64,000 nucleotides of DNA, taken from NCBI RefSeq assembly GCF_003334355.1, contig NZ_QOWP01000007.1; one strand, written 5' to 3'. The first letter of the stretch is position 1; the number at the start of each line of letters is the position of its first letter. The stretch is from Escherichia coli. Lineage in GTDB: Bacteria; Pseudomonadota; Gammaproteobacteria; Enterobacterales; Enterobacteriaceae. Both the position numbers and the translations under genes were made by a program. Below the pieces are notes generated by a model. That model did no database searches and was not told the origin of the DNA. It saw only the letters and a list, made by a program, of their open reading frames with translations. Below, piece after piece: positions 13,244-24,000 of the stretch.

Positions 13244-14101
13244 ATGTCAATTAAAACAATTAAGTATTTCTCAACAATCATTGTAGCGGTAGTTGCGGTT
13301 CTTGCCGGATGGTGGCTGTGGAATTATTACATGCAATCTCCGTGGACACGCGACGGGAAAATACGCGCAGAACAGGTTTCTATCACCCCACAGGTGTCGG
13401 GACGTATTGTTGAGCTGAATATAAAAGACAACCAGCTGGTTAACGCGGGGGATCTTCTGCTCACGATCGATAAAACGCCCTTTCAGATCGCCGAGCTGAA
13501 CGCACAGGCTCAGCTGGCGAAAGCGCAATCTGACCTCGCAAAAGCCAATAACGAAGCGAATCGTCGTCGTCATCTCTCACAAAATTTTATTTCTGCCGAA
13601 GAACTCGATACCGCTAACCTCAATGTTAAAGCGATGCAGGCCAGTGTTGATGCCGCACAGGCGACGCTGAAACAGGCACAATGGCAACTGGCGCAAACGG
13701 AAATTCGCGCTCCGGTGAGTGGATGGGTGACTAACCTTACTACCCGCATCGGCGATTACGCTGATACCGGGAAACCGCTGTTTGCCCTTGTCGACAGCCA
13801 CTCGTTTTACGTCATTGGTTATTTTGAAGAAACCAAGTTGCGCCATATCCGCGAAGGTGCACCAGCACAAATTACCCTCTATAGTGATAACAAAACGTTA
13901 CACGGTCACGTTTCCAGTATCGGTCGGGCGATTTATGATCAGAGCGTTGAAAGTGACTCAAGCCTTATTCCGGATGTTAAACCTAACGTCCCCTGGGTTC
14001 GACTCGCCCAACGCGTTCCCGTCCGCTTTGCGCTGGATAAAGTCCCAGGCGATGTCACGTTGGTGTCGGGCACCACCTGTAGCATTGCCGTAGGTCAATA
14101 A
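13244..14101 (+). CDS. ydhJ: HlyD-family membrane fusion protein YdhJ (285 aa); track ORF trimmed to MSIKTIKYF start
   Basis: Track ORF 13202..14101 over-extended into ydhI; N-terminal TM anchor then coiled-coil, AaeA-like. Confidence 0.88.
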   Translation: MSIKTIKYFSTIIVAVVAVLAGWWLWNYYMQSPWTRDGKIRAEQVSITPQVSGRIVELNIKDNQLVNAGDLLLTIDKTPFQIAELNAQAQLAKAQSDLAKANNEANRRRHLSQNFISAEELDTANLNVKAMQASVDAAQATLKQAQWQLAQTEIRAPVSGWVTNLTTRIGDYADTGKPLFALVDSHSFYVIGYFEETKLRHIREGAPAQITLYSDNKTLHGHVSSIGRAIYDQSVESDSSLIPDVKPNVPWVRLAQRVPVRFALDKVPGDVTLVSGTTCSIAVGQ

Positions 14102-16113
14102 TGAACGCATCGTCATGGTCCTTGCGCAATTTGCCCTGGTTCAGGGCCACGCTGGCGCAATGGCGTTATGCGTTACGCAATACCATTGCCATGTGTCTGG
14201 CGCTGACGGTTGCCTATTATTTAAATCTGGATGAACCCTATTGGGCGATGACCTCGGCTGCAGTGGTTAGCTTTCCCACCGTTGGCGGTGTTATCAGCAA
14301 AAGCCTCGGACGCATCGCTGGCAGTTTGCTCGGAGCCATTGCGGCACTGCTTCTTGCCGGGCATACGCTCAATGAGCCGTGGTTTTTTCTATTGAGCATG
14401 TCGGCGTGGCTTGGCTTTTGTACCTGGGCCTGTGCGCACTTCACGAATAACGTCGCGTATGCATTTCAACTGGCGGGCTACACGGCTGCCATCATCGCCT
14501 TTCCGATGGTTAATATTACTGAGGCCAGCCAGCTGTGGGATATCGCTCAGGCGCGCGTTTGCGAGGTGATTGTCGGCATTTTGTGCGGCGGCATGATGAT
14601 GATGATCCTGCCTAGCAGTTCCGATGCTACAGCCCTTTTAACCGCATTGAAAAACATGCACGCCCGACTACTTGAACATGCCAGTTTACTCTGGCAGCCT
14701 GAAACAACCGATGCCATTCGTGCAGCACATGAAGGGGTGATTGGACAGATACTGACCATGAATTTGCTGCGTATCCAGGCTTTCTGGAGCCACTATCGTT
14801 TTCGCCAGCAAAACGCGCGCCTTAATGCGCTGCTCCACCAGCAATTACGTATGACCAGTGTCATCTCCAGCCTGCGACGTATGTTGCTCAACTGGCCCTC
14901 ACCGCCAGGTGCCACACGAGAAATTCTCGAACAGTTGCTGACGGCGCTCGCCAGTTCGCAAACAGATGTTTACACCGTCGCACGTATTATCGCCCCGCTA
15001 CGCCCGACCAACGTCGCCGACTATCGGCACGTCGCCTTCTGGCAGCGACTACGTTATTTTTGCCACCTTTATCTGCAAAGTAGTCAGGAATTACATCGTC
15101 TGCAAAGCGGTGTAGATGATCATACCAGACTCCCACGGACATCCGGCCTGGCTCGTCATACCGATAACGCCGAAGCTATGTGGAGCGGGCTGCGTACATT
15201 TTGTACGTTGATGATGATTGGCGCATGGAGTATTGCTTCGCAATGGGATGCCGGTGCCAATGCATTAACGCTGGCAGCAATTAGCTGCGTACTCTACTCC
15301 GCCGTCGCAGCACCGTTTAAGTCGTTGTCACTTCTGATGCGCACGCTGGTGTTACTTTCGCTATTCAGCTTTGTGGTCAAATTTGGTCTGATGGTCCAGA
15401 TTAGCGATCTGTGGCAATTTTTACTGTTTCTCTTTCCACTGCTGGCGACAATGCAGCTTCTTAAATTGCAGATGCCAAAATTTGCCGCATTGTGGGGGCA
15501 ACTGATTGTTTTTATGGGTTCTTTTATCGCTGTCACTAATCCCCCGGTGTATGATTTTGCTGATTTTCTTAACGATAATCTGGCAAAAATCGTTGGCGTC
15601 GCGTTGGCGTGGTTAGCGTTCGCCATTCTGCGTCCAGGATCGGATGCTCGTAAAAGCCGCCGCCATATTCGCGCGCTGCGCCGGGATTTTGTCGATCAGC
15701 TAAGCCGCCATCCAACACTGAGTGAAAGCGAATTTGAATCGCTCACTTATCATCACGTCAGTCAGTTGAGTAACAGCCAGGATGCGCTGGCTCGCCGTTG
15801 GTTATTACGCTGGGGTGTAGTGCTGCTGAACTGTTCTCATGTTGTCTGGCAATTGCGCGACTGGGAATCGCGTTCCGATCCGTTATCGCGAGTACGGGAT
15901 AACTGTATTTCACTGTTGCGGGGAGTGATGAGTGAGCGTGGCGTTCAGCAAAAATCACTGGCGGCCACACTTGAAGAATTACAGCGGATTTGCGACAGCC
16001 TTGCCCGTCATCATCAACCTGCCGCCCGTGAGCTGGCGGCAATTGTCTGGCGGCTGTACTGCTCGCTTTCGCAACTTGAGCAAGCACCACCGCAAGGTAC
16101 GCTGGCCTCTTAA
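14101..16113 (+). CDS. ydhK: FUSC-family efflux transporter YdhK (670 aa)
   Basis: Track ORF; start overlaps ydhJ stop (TAATG); two hydrophobic domains separated by soluble region, AaeB-like. Confidence 0.9.
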   Translation: MNASSWSLRNLPWFRATLAQWRYALRNTIAMCLALTVAYYLNLDEPYWAMTSAAVVSFPTVGGVISKSLGRIAGSLLGAIAALLLAGHTLNEPWFFLLSMSAWLGFCTWACAHFTNNVAYAFQLAGYTAAIIAFPMVNITEASQLWDIAQARVCEVIVGILCGGMMMMILPSSSDATALLTALKNMHARLLEHASLLWQPETTDAIRAAHEGVIGQILTMNLLRIQAFWSHYRFRQQNARLNALLHQQLRMTSVISSLRRMLLNWPSPPGATREILEQLLTALASSQTDVYTVARIIAPLRPTNVADYRHVAFWQRLRYFCHLYLQSSQELHRLQSGVDDHTRLPRTSGLARHTDNAEAMWSGLRTFCTLMMIGAWSIASQWDAGANALTLAAISCVLYSAVAAPFKSLSLLMRTLVLLSLFSFVVKFGLMVQISDLWQFLLFLFPLLATMQLLKLQMPKFAALWGQLIVFMGSFIAVTNPPVYDFADFLNDNLAKIVGVALAWLAFAILRPGSDARKSRRHIRALRRDFVDQLSRHPTLSESEFESLTYHHVSQLSNSQDALARRWLLRWGVVLLNCSHVVWQLRDWESRSDPLSRVRDNCISLLRGVMSERGVQQKSLAATLEELQRICDSLARHHQPAARELAAIVWRLYCSLSQLEQAPPQGTLAS

Positions 16114-16635
16114 TTACTTAATTACACCACAGGCATAGCGTTCACCGCCACCGCCCAGCGGTTTAGGTTGATCGGACATATTATCGCCGCCAACGTGGAC
16201 CATCAGCGCTTTGTCTTTGATTTCATCCAGTGATTTCAGACGAGGCGCGATGACGGCATCGGTAGCTTTGCCGTCATTATTGACGACCAGTGCAGGCAGA
16301 TCGCCTAAATGCCCGGCACCTTCTGGCCCTTCATGTTTACCGGTATTTTGTGGATCAAGATGCCCGCCTGCGGATTCCGCGGCGCTGGCTTTGCCATCTT
16401 TGGTGGCTGGCTGGCAGCTTCCTTTGGCATGAATATGGAAGCCATGTTCACCGGGGGGTAATGCTTTCAGATCGGGCGAAAACTCCAGACCTTTATCGGT
16501 TTCAGTAATGGTGACGCTACCAATTGACTGCCCTACCCCTTGCGACGTGACGAGGTTCATCTCGACTTTTTCACTGGCAGCTTGTGCGCCGGTTGCAACA
16601 ACCAGCGCCAGAATAGCCAGACTAAAACGTTTCAT
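16114..16635 (-). CDS. sodC: Periplasmic Cu,Zn superoxide dismutase (173 aa); track ORF trimmed to MKRFSLAIL start
   Basis: Signal peptide MKRFSLAILALVVATGAQA; His-rich Cu/Zn SOD motifs (HGFHIHAKGSC, GGHLDP). Confidence 0.9.
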   Translation of the reverse strand: MKRFSLAILALVVATGAQAASEKVEMNLVTSQGVGQSIGSVTITETDKGLEFSPDLKALPPGEHGFHIHAKGSCQPATKDGKASAAESAGGHLDPQNTGKHEGPEGAGHLGDLPALVVNNDGKATDAVIAPRLKSLDEIKDKALMVHVGGDNMSDQPKPLGGGGERYACGVIK

Positions 16636-16715
16636 AGGACCTCCGTTCATTGTGCATTCCTGAATAAGTGTAAACCAGTGACACATTTTTGAACGGCGGC
16701 TATTCCTAAAAGTGC

Positions 16716-17612
16716 TTACGGTACGTCGTACCCCAGTGCCGCTTTACGGATACGAAACCATTGTTGACGGGTCATTTTCAGTGTTTCTGCTTCGACAGCT
16801 GCCCGTACGCGCTCAATTTTACCTGAACCGATAATTGGCAGCGGCTGCGATGGTAAACGTAATACCCAGGCGTAAACCACCTGTTCAATCGAGCCCGCGT
16901 TTAACTCCTCTGCCACCACAGCCAGTTCATCACGCAGCGGCTGGAAATAATCATCATTAAACAGACGACCACCACCAAGGCAGGACCACGCCATCGGACG
17001 AACACGCAGTTGTTGTAGTTGGTCGAGCGTGCCATCCAGCAGTAACGGCTGATGCACCGGGGATATTTCCACCTGATTAGTGGCAAGGGTAAACGGCAGA
17101 CGTGATTGCAACAGGGCAAATTGCGCAGGCGTAAAGTTCGATACGCCAAAATGACGCACTTTGCCGCTCTGATGCAGATGTTTGAACGCGTCCGCCACTT
17201 CATCGGCATCCATTAACGGGTCTGGTCGGTGGATTAACAGCAAATCCAGATGATCGGTCGCGAGATTAATTAGCGACTGTTCGGCGCTCTTAATGATGTG
17301 ATCGCGGTCAGTGATGTAATGACCAATGACGTTTTCTTCACGCGCGGTCGTCGCGATACCGCATTTACTGACGATTTCCATCCGTTCACGCAGGTGAGAT
17401 GCCAGTTTCAGTGCCTCGCCAAACGCCGCTTCGCACTGATAGCCACCATAAATATCAGCATGGTCCACGGTGGTCACGCCGAGATCCAGATGCTCTTCAA
17501 TAAAACTGACCAGCTGGCGGGCGGACATATTCCAGTCCATCAATCGCCAGTAGCCCATCACAAAACGGGAAAACTCCGGGCCTTGCGGCGCAATAGTAAT
17601 ACGCTGAACCAT
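16716..17612 (-). CDS. ydhF: Aldo-keto reductase family oxidoreductase YdhF (298 aa)
   Basis: Track ORF; AKR-like sequence; length match. Confidence 0.9.
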   Translation of the reverse strand: MVQRITIAPQGPEFSRFVMGYWRLMDWNMSARQLVSFIEEHLDLGVTTVDHADIYGGYQCEAAFGEALKLASHLRERMEIVSKCGIATTAREENVIGHYITDRDHIIKSAEQSLINLATDHLDLLLIHRPDPLMDADEVADAFKHLHQSGKVRHFGVSNFTPAQFALLQSRLPFTLATNQVEISPVHQPLLLDGTLDQLQQLRVRPMAWSCLGGGRLFNDDYFQPLRDELAVVAEELNAGSIEQVVYAWVLRLPSQPLPIIGSGKIERVRAAVEAETLKMTRQQWFRIRKAALGYDVP

Positions 17613-17660
17613 AATCGCTTCCTCTTATCAGATATGAGAGGAGTATACGCAAGATTAGGT

Positions 17661-17900
17661 TCAAAAGAGTGATGGTTGCTCCGGTTCGTCTGATGACGCT
17701 GGCTTATTTGCGCGTAATTTGCGCATTAATCGCTGCCGACAAAGGCGCAGCACCTCTTGTTTTTCGCCATCGCTCATTTTATTCCAGTTAAAACGCTCAT
17801 CACGACTACGAAAACAGCCGCGACAAAACCCGCGTTCGTCAGACTGGCAAATTCCCCGGCACGGGCTCTGGACGGGAAAGAACTCTAATTGCTCCGCCAC
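17661..17900 (-). CDS. ydhL: DUF1289 Cys-rich small protein YdhL (79 aa, GTG start); track ORF trimmed
   Basis: C-terminal 79 codons of track ORF 17661..18071; CxGxC...CxGC cluster (CRGICQSDERGFCRGCFRSRDE). Confidence 0.78.
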   Translation of the reverse strand: MAEQLEFFPVQSPCRGICQSDERGFCRGCFRSRDERFNWNKMSDGEKQEVLRLCRQRLMRKLRANKPASSDEPEQPSLF

Positions 17901-17972
17901 TTCGCCCTCCTCAGATAAGATTATTACCATTATTGAAGCTGTTAATGTCCAAAGTAGCAACTTTGCTTGCAC

Positions 17973-17988
17973 TAGACCGACTGGTCTA
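17973..17988. promoter_or_regulatory. NemR operator palindrome TAGACCGACTGGTCTA
   Basis: Perfect 16-bp palindrome 15 bp upstream of nemR start, in nemR/ydhL divergent region. Confidence 0.75.
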
Positions 17989-18002
17989 CTACACTCCAAC
18001 GC

Positions 18003-18602
18003 ATGAACAAACACACCGAACATGATACTCGCGAACATCTCCTGGCGACGGGCGAGCAACTTTGCCTGCAACGTGGATTCACCGGGATGGGGCTAAGCGA
18101 ATTACTAAAAACCGCTGAAGTGCCGAAAGGGTCCTTCTATCACTACTTTCGCTCTAAAGAAGCGTTTGGCGTTGCCATGCTTGAGCGTCATTACGCCGCA
18201 TATCACCAGCGACTGACTGAGTTGCTGCAATCTGGCGAAGGTAACTACCGCGACCGCATACTGGCTTATTACCAGCAAACACTGAACCAGTTTTGCCAAC
18301 ATGGAACCATCAGTGGTTGCCTGACAGTAAAACTCTCTGCCGAAGTGTGCGATCTGTCAGAAGATATGCGCAGCGCGATGGATAAAGGTGCTCGCGGCGT
18401 GATCGCCCTGCTCTCTCAGGCGCTGGAAAATGGCCGTGAGAACCATTGTTTAACCTTTTGTGGCGAACCGCTGCAACAGGCACAAGTGCTTTACGCACTG
18501 TGGCTTGGCGCGAATCTGCAGGCCAAAATTTCGCGCAGTTTCGAGCCACTGGAAAACGCGCTGGCCCATGTAAAAAACATTATTGCGACGCCTGCCGTTT
18601 AG
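18003..18602 (+). CDS. nemR: TetR-family repressor NemR (199 aa)
   Basis: Track ORF; TetR HTH N-terminus; perfect palindrome just upstream; followed by nemA. Confidence 0.92.
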   Translation: MNKHTEHDTREHLLATGEQLCLQRGFTGMGLSELLKTAEVPKGSFYHYFRSKEAFGVAMLERHYAAYHQRLTELLQSGEGNYRDRILAYYQQTLNQFCQHGTISGCLTVKLSAEVCDLSEDMRSAMDKGARGVIALLSQALENGRENHCLTFCGEPLQQAQVLYALWLGANLQAKISRSFEPLENALAHVKNIIATPAV

Positions 18603-18638
18603 CAGGCATTTTTTATCACCAGACGACCGGGAGCCTTT

Positions 18639-19736
18639 ATGTCATCTGAAAAACTGTATTCCCCACTGAAAGTGGGCGCGATCACGGCGGCAAACCGTAT
18701 TTTTATGGCACCGCTGACGCGTCTGCGCAGTATTGAACCGGGTGACATTCCTACCCCGTTGATGGCGGAATACTATCGCCAACGTGCCAGTGCCGGTTTG
18801 ATTATTAGTGAAGCCACGCAAATTTCTGCCCAGGCAAAAGGATATGCAGGTGCGCCTGGCATCCATAGTCCGGAGCAAATTGCCGCATGGAAAAAAATCA
18901 CCGCTGGCGTTCATGCTGAAAATGGTCATATGGCCGTGCAGCTGTGGCACACCGGACGCATTTCTCACGCCAGCCTGCAACCTGGCGGTCAGGCACCGGT
19001 AGCGCCTTCAGCACTTAGCGCGGGAACACGTACTTCTCTGCGCGATGAAAATGGTCAGGCGATCCGTGTTGAAACATCCATGCCGCGTGCGCTTGAACTG
19101 GAAGAGATTCCAGGTATCGTCAATGATTTCCGTCAGGCCATTGCTAACGCGCGTGAAGCCGGTTTTGATCTGGTAGAGCTCCACTCTGCTCACGGTTATT
19201 TGCTGCATCAGTTCCTTTCTCCTTCTTCAAACCATCGTACCGATCAGTACGGCGGCAGCGTGGAAAATCGCGCACGTTTGGTACTGGAAGTGGTCGATGC
19301 CGGGATTGAAGAATGGGGTGCCGATCGCATTGGCATTCGCGTTTCGCCAATCGGTACTTTCCAGAACACAGATAACGGCCCGAATGAAGAAGCCGATGCA
19401 CTGTATCTGATTGAACAACTGGGTAAACGCGGCATTGCTTATCTGCATATGTCAGAACCAGATTGGGCGGGGGGTGAACCGTATACTGATGCGTTCCGCG
19501 AAAAAGTACGCGCCCGTTTCCACGGTCCGATTATCGGCGCAGGTGCATACACAGTAGAAAAAGCTGAAACGCTGATCGGCAAAGGGTTAATTGATGCGGT
19601 GGCATTTGGTCGTGACTGGATTGCGAACCCGGATCTGGTCGCCCGCTTGCAGCGCAAAGCTGAGCTTAACCCACAGCGTGCCGAAAGTTTCTACGGTGGC
19701 GGCGCGGAAGGCTATACCGATTACCCGACGTTGTAA
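18639..19736 (+). CDS. nemA: N-ethylmaleimide reductase, Old Yellow Enzyme family (365 aa)
   Basis: Track ORF; OYE-like sequence; operon context nemR-nemA-gloA. Confidence 0.92.
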
Positions 19737-19816
19737 TCCAACATTGCGAGCGGCGTAAAGCCGCCGCTATACTAAAACAACATTTTGAATCTGTTAGCCA
19801 TTTTGAGGATAAAAAG

Positions 19817-20224
19817 ATGCGTCTTCTTCATACCATGCTGCGCGTTGGCGATTTGCAACGCTCCATCGATTTTTATACCAAAGTGCTGGGCATGAAACTG
19901 CTGCGTACCAGCGAAAACCCGGAATACAAATACTCACTGGCGTTTGTTGGCTACGGCCCGGAAACCGAAGAAGCGGTGATTGAACTGACCTACAACTGGG
20001 GCGTGGATAAATACGAACTCGGCACTGCTTATGGTCACATCGCGCTTAGCGTAGATAACGCCGCTGAAGCGTGCGAAAAAATCCGTCAAAACGGGGGTAA
20101 CGTGACCCGTGAAGCGGGTCCGGTAAAAGGCGGTACTACGGTTATCGCGTTTGTGGAAGATCCGGACGGTTACAAAATTGAGTTAATCGAAGAGAAAGAC
20201 GCCGGTCGCGGTCTGGGCAACTAA
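19817..20224 (+). CDS. gloA: Glyoxalase I (135 aa)
   Basis: Track ORF; [22 protein letters not shown]-terminus characteristic of GloA. Confidence 0.93.
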
Positions 20225-20326
20225 TCTCCTGCCGGGCGTGAACTCATCGCGCCCGCATCTTTACTGCATCGACAAGTAATATTTGTCATAATGCGCGCTG
20301 CAATTTATCCGTATTAAGAGAATCAG

Positions 20327-20974
20327 ATGTCCGATAACGCTCAACTTACCGGTCTGTGCGACCGTTTTCGTGGTTTTTATCCTGTTGTGATCGATGTTGA
20401 AACAGCCGGATTTAACGCCAAAACCGATGCGCTGCTTGAGATTGCCGCCATCACCCTGAAAATGGATGAACAAGGCTGGCTGATGCCGGACACCACATTA
20501 CATTTCCACGTCGAACCATTTGTCGGCGCAAATTTGCAACCAGAAGCCCTCGCCTTCAACGGCATTGACCCGAACGATCCCGATCGCGGCGCGGTCAGCG
20601 AATACGAGGCGCTGCACGAAATTTTTAAAGTTGTACGTAAAGGTATTAAAGCGAGCGGCTGTAACCGCGCCATTATGGTGGCGCACAATGCCAATTTTGA
20701 TCACAGCTTTATGATGGCCGCCGCAGAACGCGCCTCACTGAAACGTAACCCGTTCCACCCTTTCGCCACTTTTGACACTGCTGCACTGGCCGGGCTGGCA
20801 CTCGGACAAACCGTATTGTCAAAGGCTTGCCAGACCGCTGGCATGGACTTCGACAGCACCCAGGCGCACTCCGCGCTGTACGACACCGAACGCACTGCTG
20901 TGCTGTTTTGTGAAATCGTCAACCGCTGGAAACGTCTGGGAGGCTGGCCGCTACCTGCCGCCGAAGAGGTGTAA
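20327..20974 (+). CDS. rnt: Ribonuclease T (215 aa)
   Basis: Track ORF; DEDDh exonuclease motifs (VVIDVETAG). Confidence 0.93.
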
Positions 20975-21066
20975 TCGAGTCGATGCCTGATGACATGCAA
21001 TGATTAAGGCATCTATAGTGAGGCTATTCCACGCATCCTGCATGATATTCACGGGGAATAGCGTTA

Positions 21067-24000
21067 ATGGCAGATAATCCAGACCCTTCATCGCTCCTGC
21101 CGGACGTGTTTTCACCGGCGACCCGCGACTGGTTTCTTCGCGCCTTTAAACAGCCGACCGCTGTCCAGCCGCAAACCTGGCATGTGGCGGCGCGAAGCGA
21201 ACATGCGCTGGTGATTGCACCGACCGGCTCCGGGAAAACGCTGGCAGCATTTCTCTACGCCCTCGATCGGCTCTTCCGCGAAGGCGGCGAAGATACCCGC
21301 GAGGCGCATAAGCGTAAAACCTCACGCATCCTCTATATTTCACCGATAAAAGCCCTGGGCACCGACGTTCAGCGCAACTTGCAGATCCCGTTGAAGGGTA
21401 TTGCCGATGAACGGCGGCGGCGCGGCGAAACGGAAGTCAATCTTCGCGTAGGGATCCGTACTGGCGATACGCCTGCACAGGAACGCAGCAAACTCACCCG
21501 TAATCCGCCGGATATTCTGATCACCACACCCGAATCACTCTATCTGATGCTGACCTCCCGCGCGCGCGAAACGCTACGCGGCGTCGAAACGGTAATTATT
21601 GATGAAGTCCACGCGGTAGCGGGCAGTAAACGTGGTGCGCATCTGGCGTTAAGTCTGGAGCGGCTCGATGCGCTGCTCCACACCTCAGCACAGCGAATTG
21701 GCCTTTCTGCCACTGTGCGCTCAGCCAGCGATGTGGCAGCATTTCTTGGTGGCGATCGCCCGGTTACGGTAGTCAACCCGCCCGCAATGCGCCATCCGCA
21801 GATACGAATTGTCGTACCGGTCGCCAATATGGATGATGTCTCATCGGTCGCCAGCGGCACCGGCGAAGACAGCCATGCCGGCCGGGAAGGCTCCATCTGG
21901 CCATATATTGAAACGGGTATCCTTGATGAAGTGTTGCGCCATCGCTCGACCATTGTCTTTACTAATTCACGCGGGCTGGCGGAAAAACTGACGGCACGAT
22001 TAAATGAGCTTTACGCCGCACGCTTACAGCGTTCCCCGTCTATCGCCGTTGATGCGGCCCATTTCGAGTCGACCTCCGGCGCAACCTCTAACCGTGTACA
22101 AAGTAGCGACGTTTTTATTGCCCGCTCACACCACGGCTCCGTCTCTAAAGAACAACGAGCAATCACCGAACAGGCGCTGAAATCGGGTGAATTACGCTGC
22201 GTGGTCGCAACCTCCAGTCTTGAACTGGGGATTGATATGGGCGCGGTGGATCTGGTGATTCAGGTGGCAACGCCGCTTTCTGTTGCCAGTGGGTTACAAC
22301 GCATTGGTCGCGCCGGACATCAGGTTGGCGGTGTATCTAAAGGGCTGTTTTTCCCCCGTACCCGGCGTGATTTAGTCGATTCCGCAGTCATTGTAGAGTG
22401 TATGTTCGCAGGCAGGCTGGAAAACCTGACACCACCGCATAATCCTCTCGACGTCCTTGCGCAGCAAACCGTTGCCGCCGCGGCGATGGATGCATTACAG
22501 GTAGACGAATGGTACTCCCGCGTACGCCGTGCCGCACCGTGGAAAGATCTGCCAAGACGTGTTTTTGACGCCACGCTGGATATGCTTTCCGGGCGCTATC
22601 CCTCTGGCGATTTTTCTGCTTTTCGCCCCAAACTGGTCTGGAACAGGGAGACCGGGATATTGACCGCCCGACCTGGCGCTCAATTGTTGGCGGTTACCAG
22701 CGGCGGCACCATTCCGGATCGTGGCATGTATAGCGTGTTATTACCCGAAGGTGAAGAAAAGGCCGGTTCGCGGCGGGTGGGTGAACTGGATGAGGAGATG
22801 GTATATGAGTCGCGGGTGAACGACATTATCACTCTCGGCGCTACCTCATGGCGGATCCAGCAAATCACCCGCGATCAGGTGATTGTGACTCCTGCTCCGG
22901 GTCGTTCTGCCCGGCTCCCCTTCTGGCGTGGTGAAGGTAACGGACGTCCGGCTGAATTAGGCGAGATGATCGGCGATTTTCTTCATTTGCTGGCGGATGG
23001 CGCGTTCTTTTCCGGGACTATTCCCCCGTGGCTGGCAGAAGAAAATACGATCGCCAATATTCAGGGGTTGATTGAGGAGCAGCGCAACGCAACGGGCATC
23101 GTTCCGGGGAGTCGCCATCTGGTCCTCGAACAGTGCCGTGATGAAATTGGTGACTGGCGTATTATTTTGCACTCTCCCTATGGAAGACGGGTGCATGAAC
23201 CCTGGGCGCTGGCGATTGCCGGGCGAATACATGCGCTATGGGGCGCTGACGCGTCGGTGGTCGCCAGTGATGACGGCATTGTTGCACGTATTCCTGACAC
23301 CGATGGTAAATTGCCCGATGCCGCGATTTTTTTGTTTGAACCAGAAAAGTTGCTGCAAATTGTCCGCGAGGCGGTAGGCAGCTCGGCACTTTTCGCCGCC
23401 CGTTTTCGCGAATGCACCGCGCGGGCATTATTAATGCCGGGGCGCACTCCGGGCCATCGCACCCCGCTTTGGCAACAACGGCTGCGCGCCAGTCAGTTGC
23501 TGGAAATCGCTCAGGGATATCCGGATTTTCCGGTCATTCTCGAAACCCTACGCGAATGTCTGCAAGATGTTTATGATCTTCCCGCACTGGAACGTTTGAT
23601 GCGTCGCCTGAACGGTGGCGAAATTCAAATATCCGATGTAACGACCACTACGCCCTCGCCTTTCGCCACAAGTTTATTGTTCGGCTATGTCGCGGAATTT
23701 ATGTACCAGAGCGACGCCCCGCTGGCAGAGCGCCGGGCATCCGTACTGTCGCTGGACAGCGAGTTACTGCGCAATCTACTCGGACAGGTCGATCCGGGGG
23801 AATTACTCGACCCGCAGGTCATTCGCCAGGTGGAAGAAGAGTTGCAACGACTGGCTCCTGGCAGAAGAGCGAAAGGTGAAGAAGGATTGTTCGACCTGCT
23901 GCGCGAACTGGGGCCAATGACCGTTGAAGACCTGGCGCAACGGCATACAGGCAGCAGTGAAGAGGTTGCGTCGTATCTGGAAAATCTTCTTGCAGTAAAA

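Noticed and set aside
16636-16686. N-terminal extensions of track ORFs for sodC, ydhL, ydhX, ydhV, sufB, ydiH, ydiL, ydhJ, tyrS and pykF
   Set aside because: In each case an internal start yields the recalled native N-terminus (signal peptide, Tat motif or catalytic N-terminus), and the extension would run into the upstream gene or promoter.
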